Below, in pieces: positions 63,921-64,000 of a stretch of 64,000 nucleotides of DNA; positions within the stretch are counted from its first letter, which is position 1, and each line of letters starts with the position of its first letter. Location: positions 23,234 through 87,233 of the forward strand of contig CAYNKA010000014.1 of assembly GCA_964397655.1 (NCBI GenBank), read 5' to 3'. The notes below the pieces were generated by a model. It saw nothing but the letters and a program-made list of their open reading frames with translations. It did not search any database and was not told the DNA's origin. Source of the DNA: an uncultured Spirochaetaceae bacterium. GTDB taxonomy: Bacteria > Spirochaetota > Spirochaetia > DTKZ01. The position numbers and the translations under genes were made by a program.

Positions 63921-64000
63921 AAAAGATCGGCATCATCGGCGGAAGCGGGCTCGACGACCCGAACATATTCGAGGACCCGCGGGACCTGGTGGCTGCGACG
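63917..64000 (+). CDS. mtnP: partial CDS (5' end only): 5'-methylthioadenosine / purine nucleoside phosphorylase
   Basis: GTG overlapping the mtnB stop (GTGA). VKKIGIIGGSGLDDPNIFEDP matches the MTAP N-terminus. Confidence 0.55.
   Translation, partial: MKKIGIIGGSGLDDPNIFEDPRDLVAAT

Overview
This 64 kb window is a chromosomal replication-origin region of a fairly GC-rich bacterium. The gene order gyrA<-gyrB<- | ->dnaA->dnaN->recF and the abundant lipoproteins resemble spirochete-type layouts, but the taxon is not certain. I could not run any tools, so everything here comes from reading the sequence and the ORF track.

The window reads almost entirely as housekeeping:
- A gatC-gatA-gatB-aspS operon. 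The AspRS is archaeal-type. GatB carries an unusual C-terminal asparaginase-like domain.
- An FAD-dependent oxidoreductase paired with an SdhB-like Fe-S subunit, next to deoD.
- A cluster of lipoprotein/surface genes: a FecR-domain protein, a cNMP-binding protein, and a large lipoprotein built from Listeria-Bacteroides repeats plus seven tandem beta-propeller-like repeats.
- prfC, an rlmG-like methyltransferase, pth, and recR-ybaB-dnaX preceded by an SRP RNA. Upstream of that sits a tight array of four tRNA-Ser isoacceptors and one tRNA-Arg.
- marR-MATE and parAB.
- A partial [FeFe]-hydrogenase maturation cluster: hydF, an aspartase-like gene and a TM1266-like ACT protein.
- A NifU-like gene and a low-GC adenosine deaminase.
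- gyrBA | dnaA-dnaN-recF, then a DUF721 protein, rpmH-rnpA-yidD-yidC-jag.
- A Thr->Gly->C1 block (tdh-kbl, a homocysteine methyltransferase, gcvT-H-PA-PB) under face-to-face consensus promoters.
- ahcY, metK, a HEPN/MNT toxin-antitoxin pair, a decayed gmd/rmd (GDP-rhamnose) locus, and the start of methionine salvage (mtnA, mtnB, mtnP).

I found no transposase, integrase or CRISPR. Many long ORFs in the track are antisense or alternative-frame artefacts of the high GC content and I did not call them.
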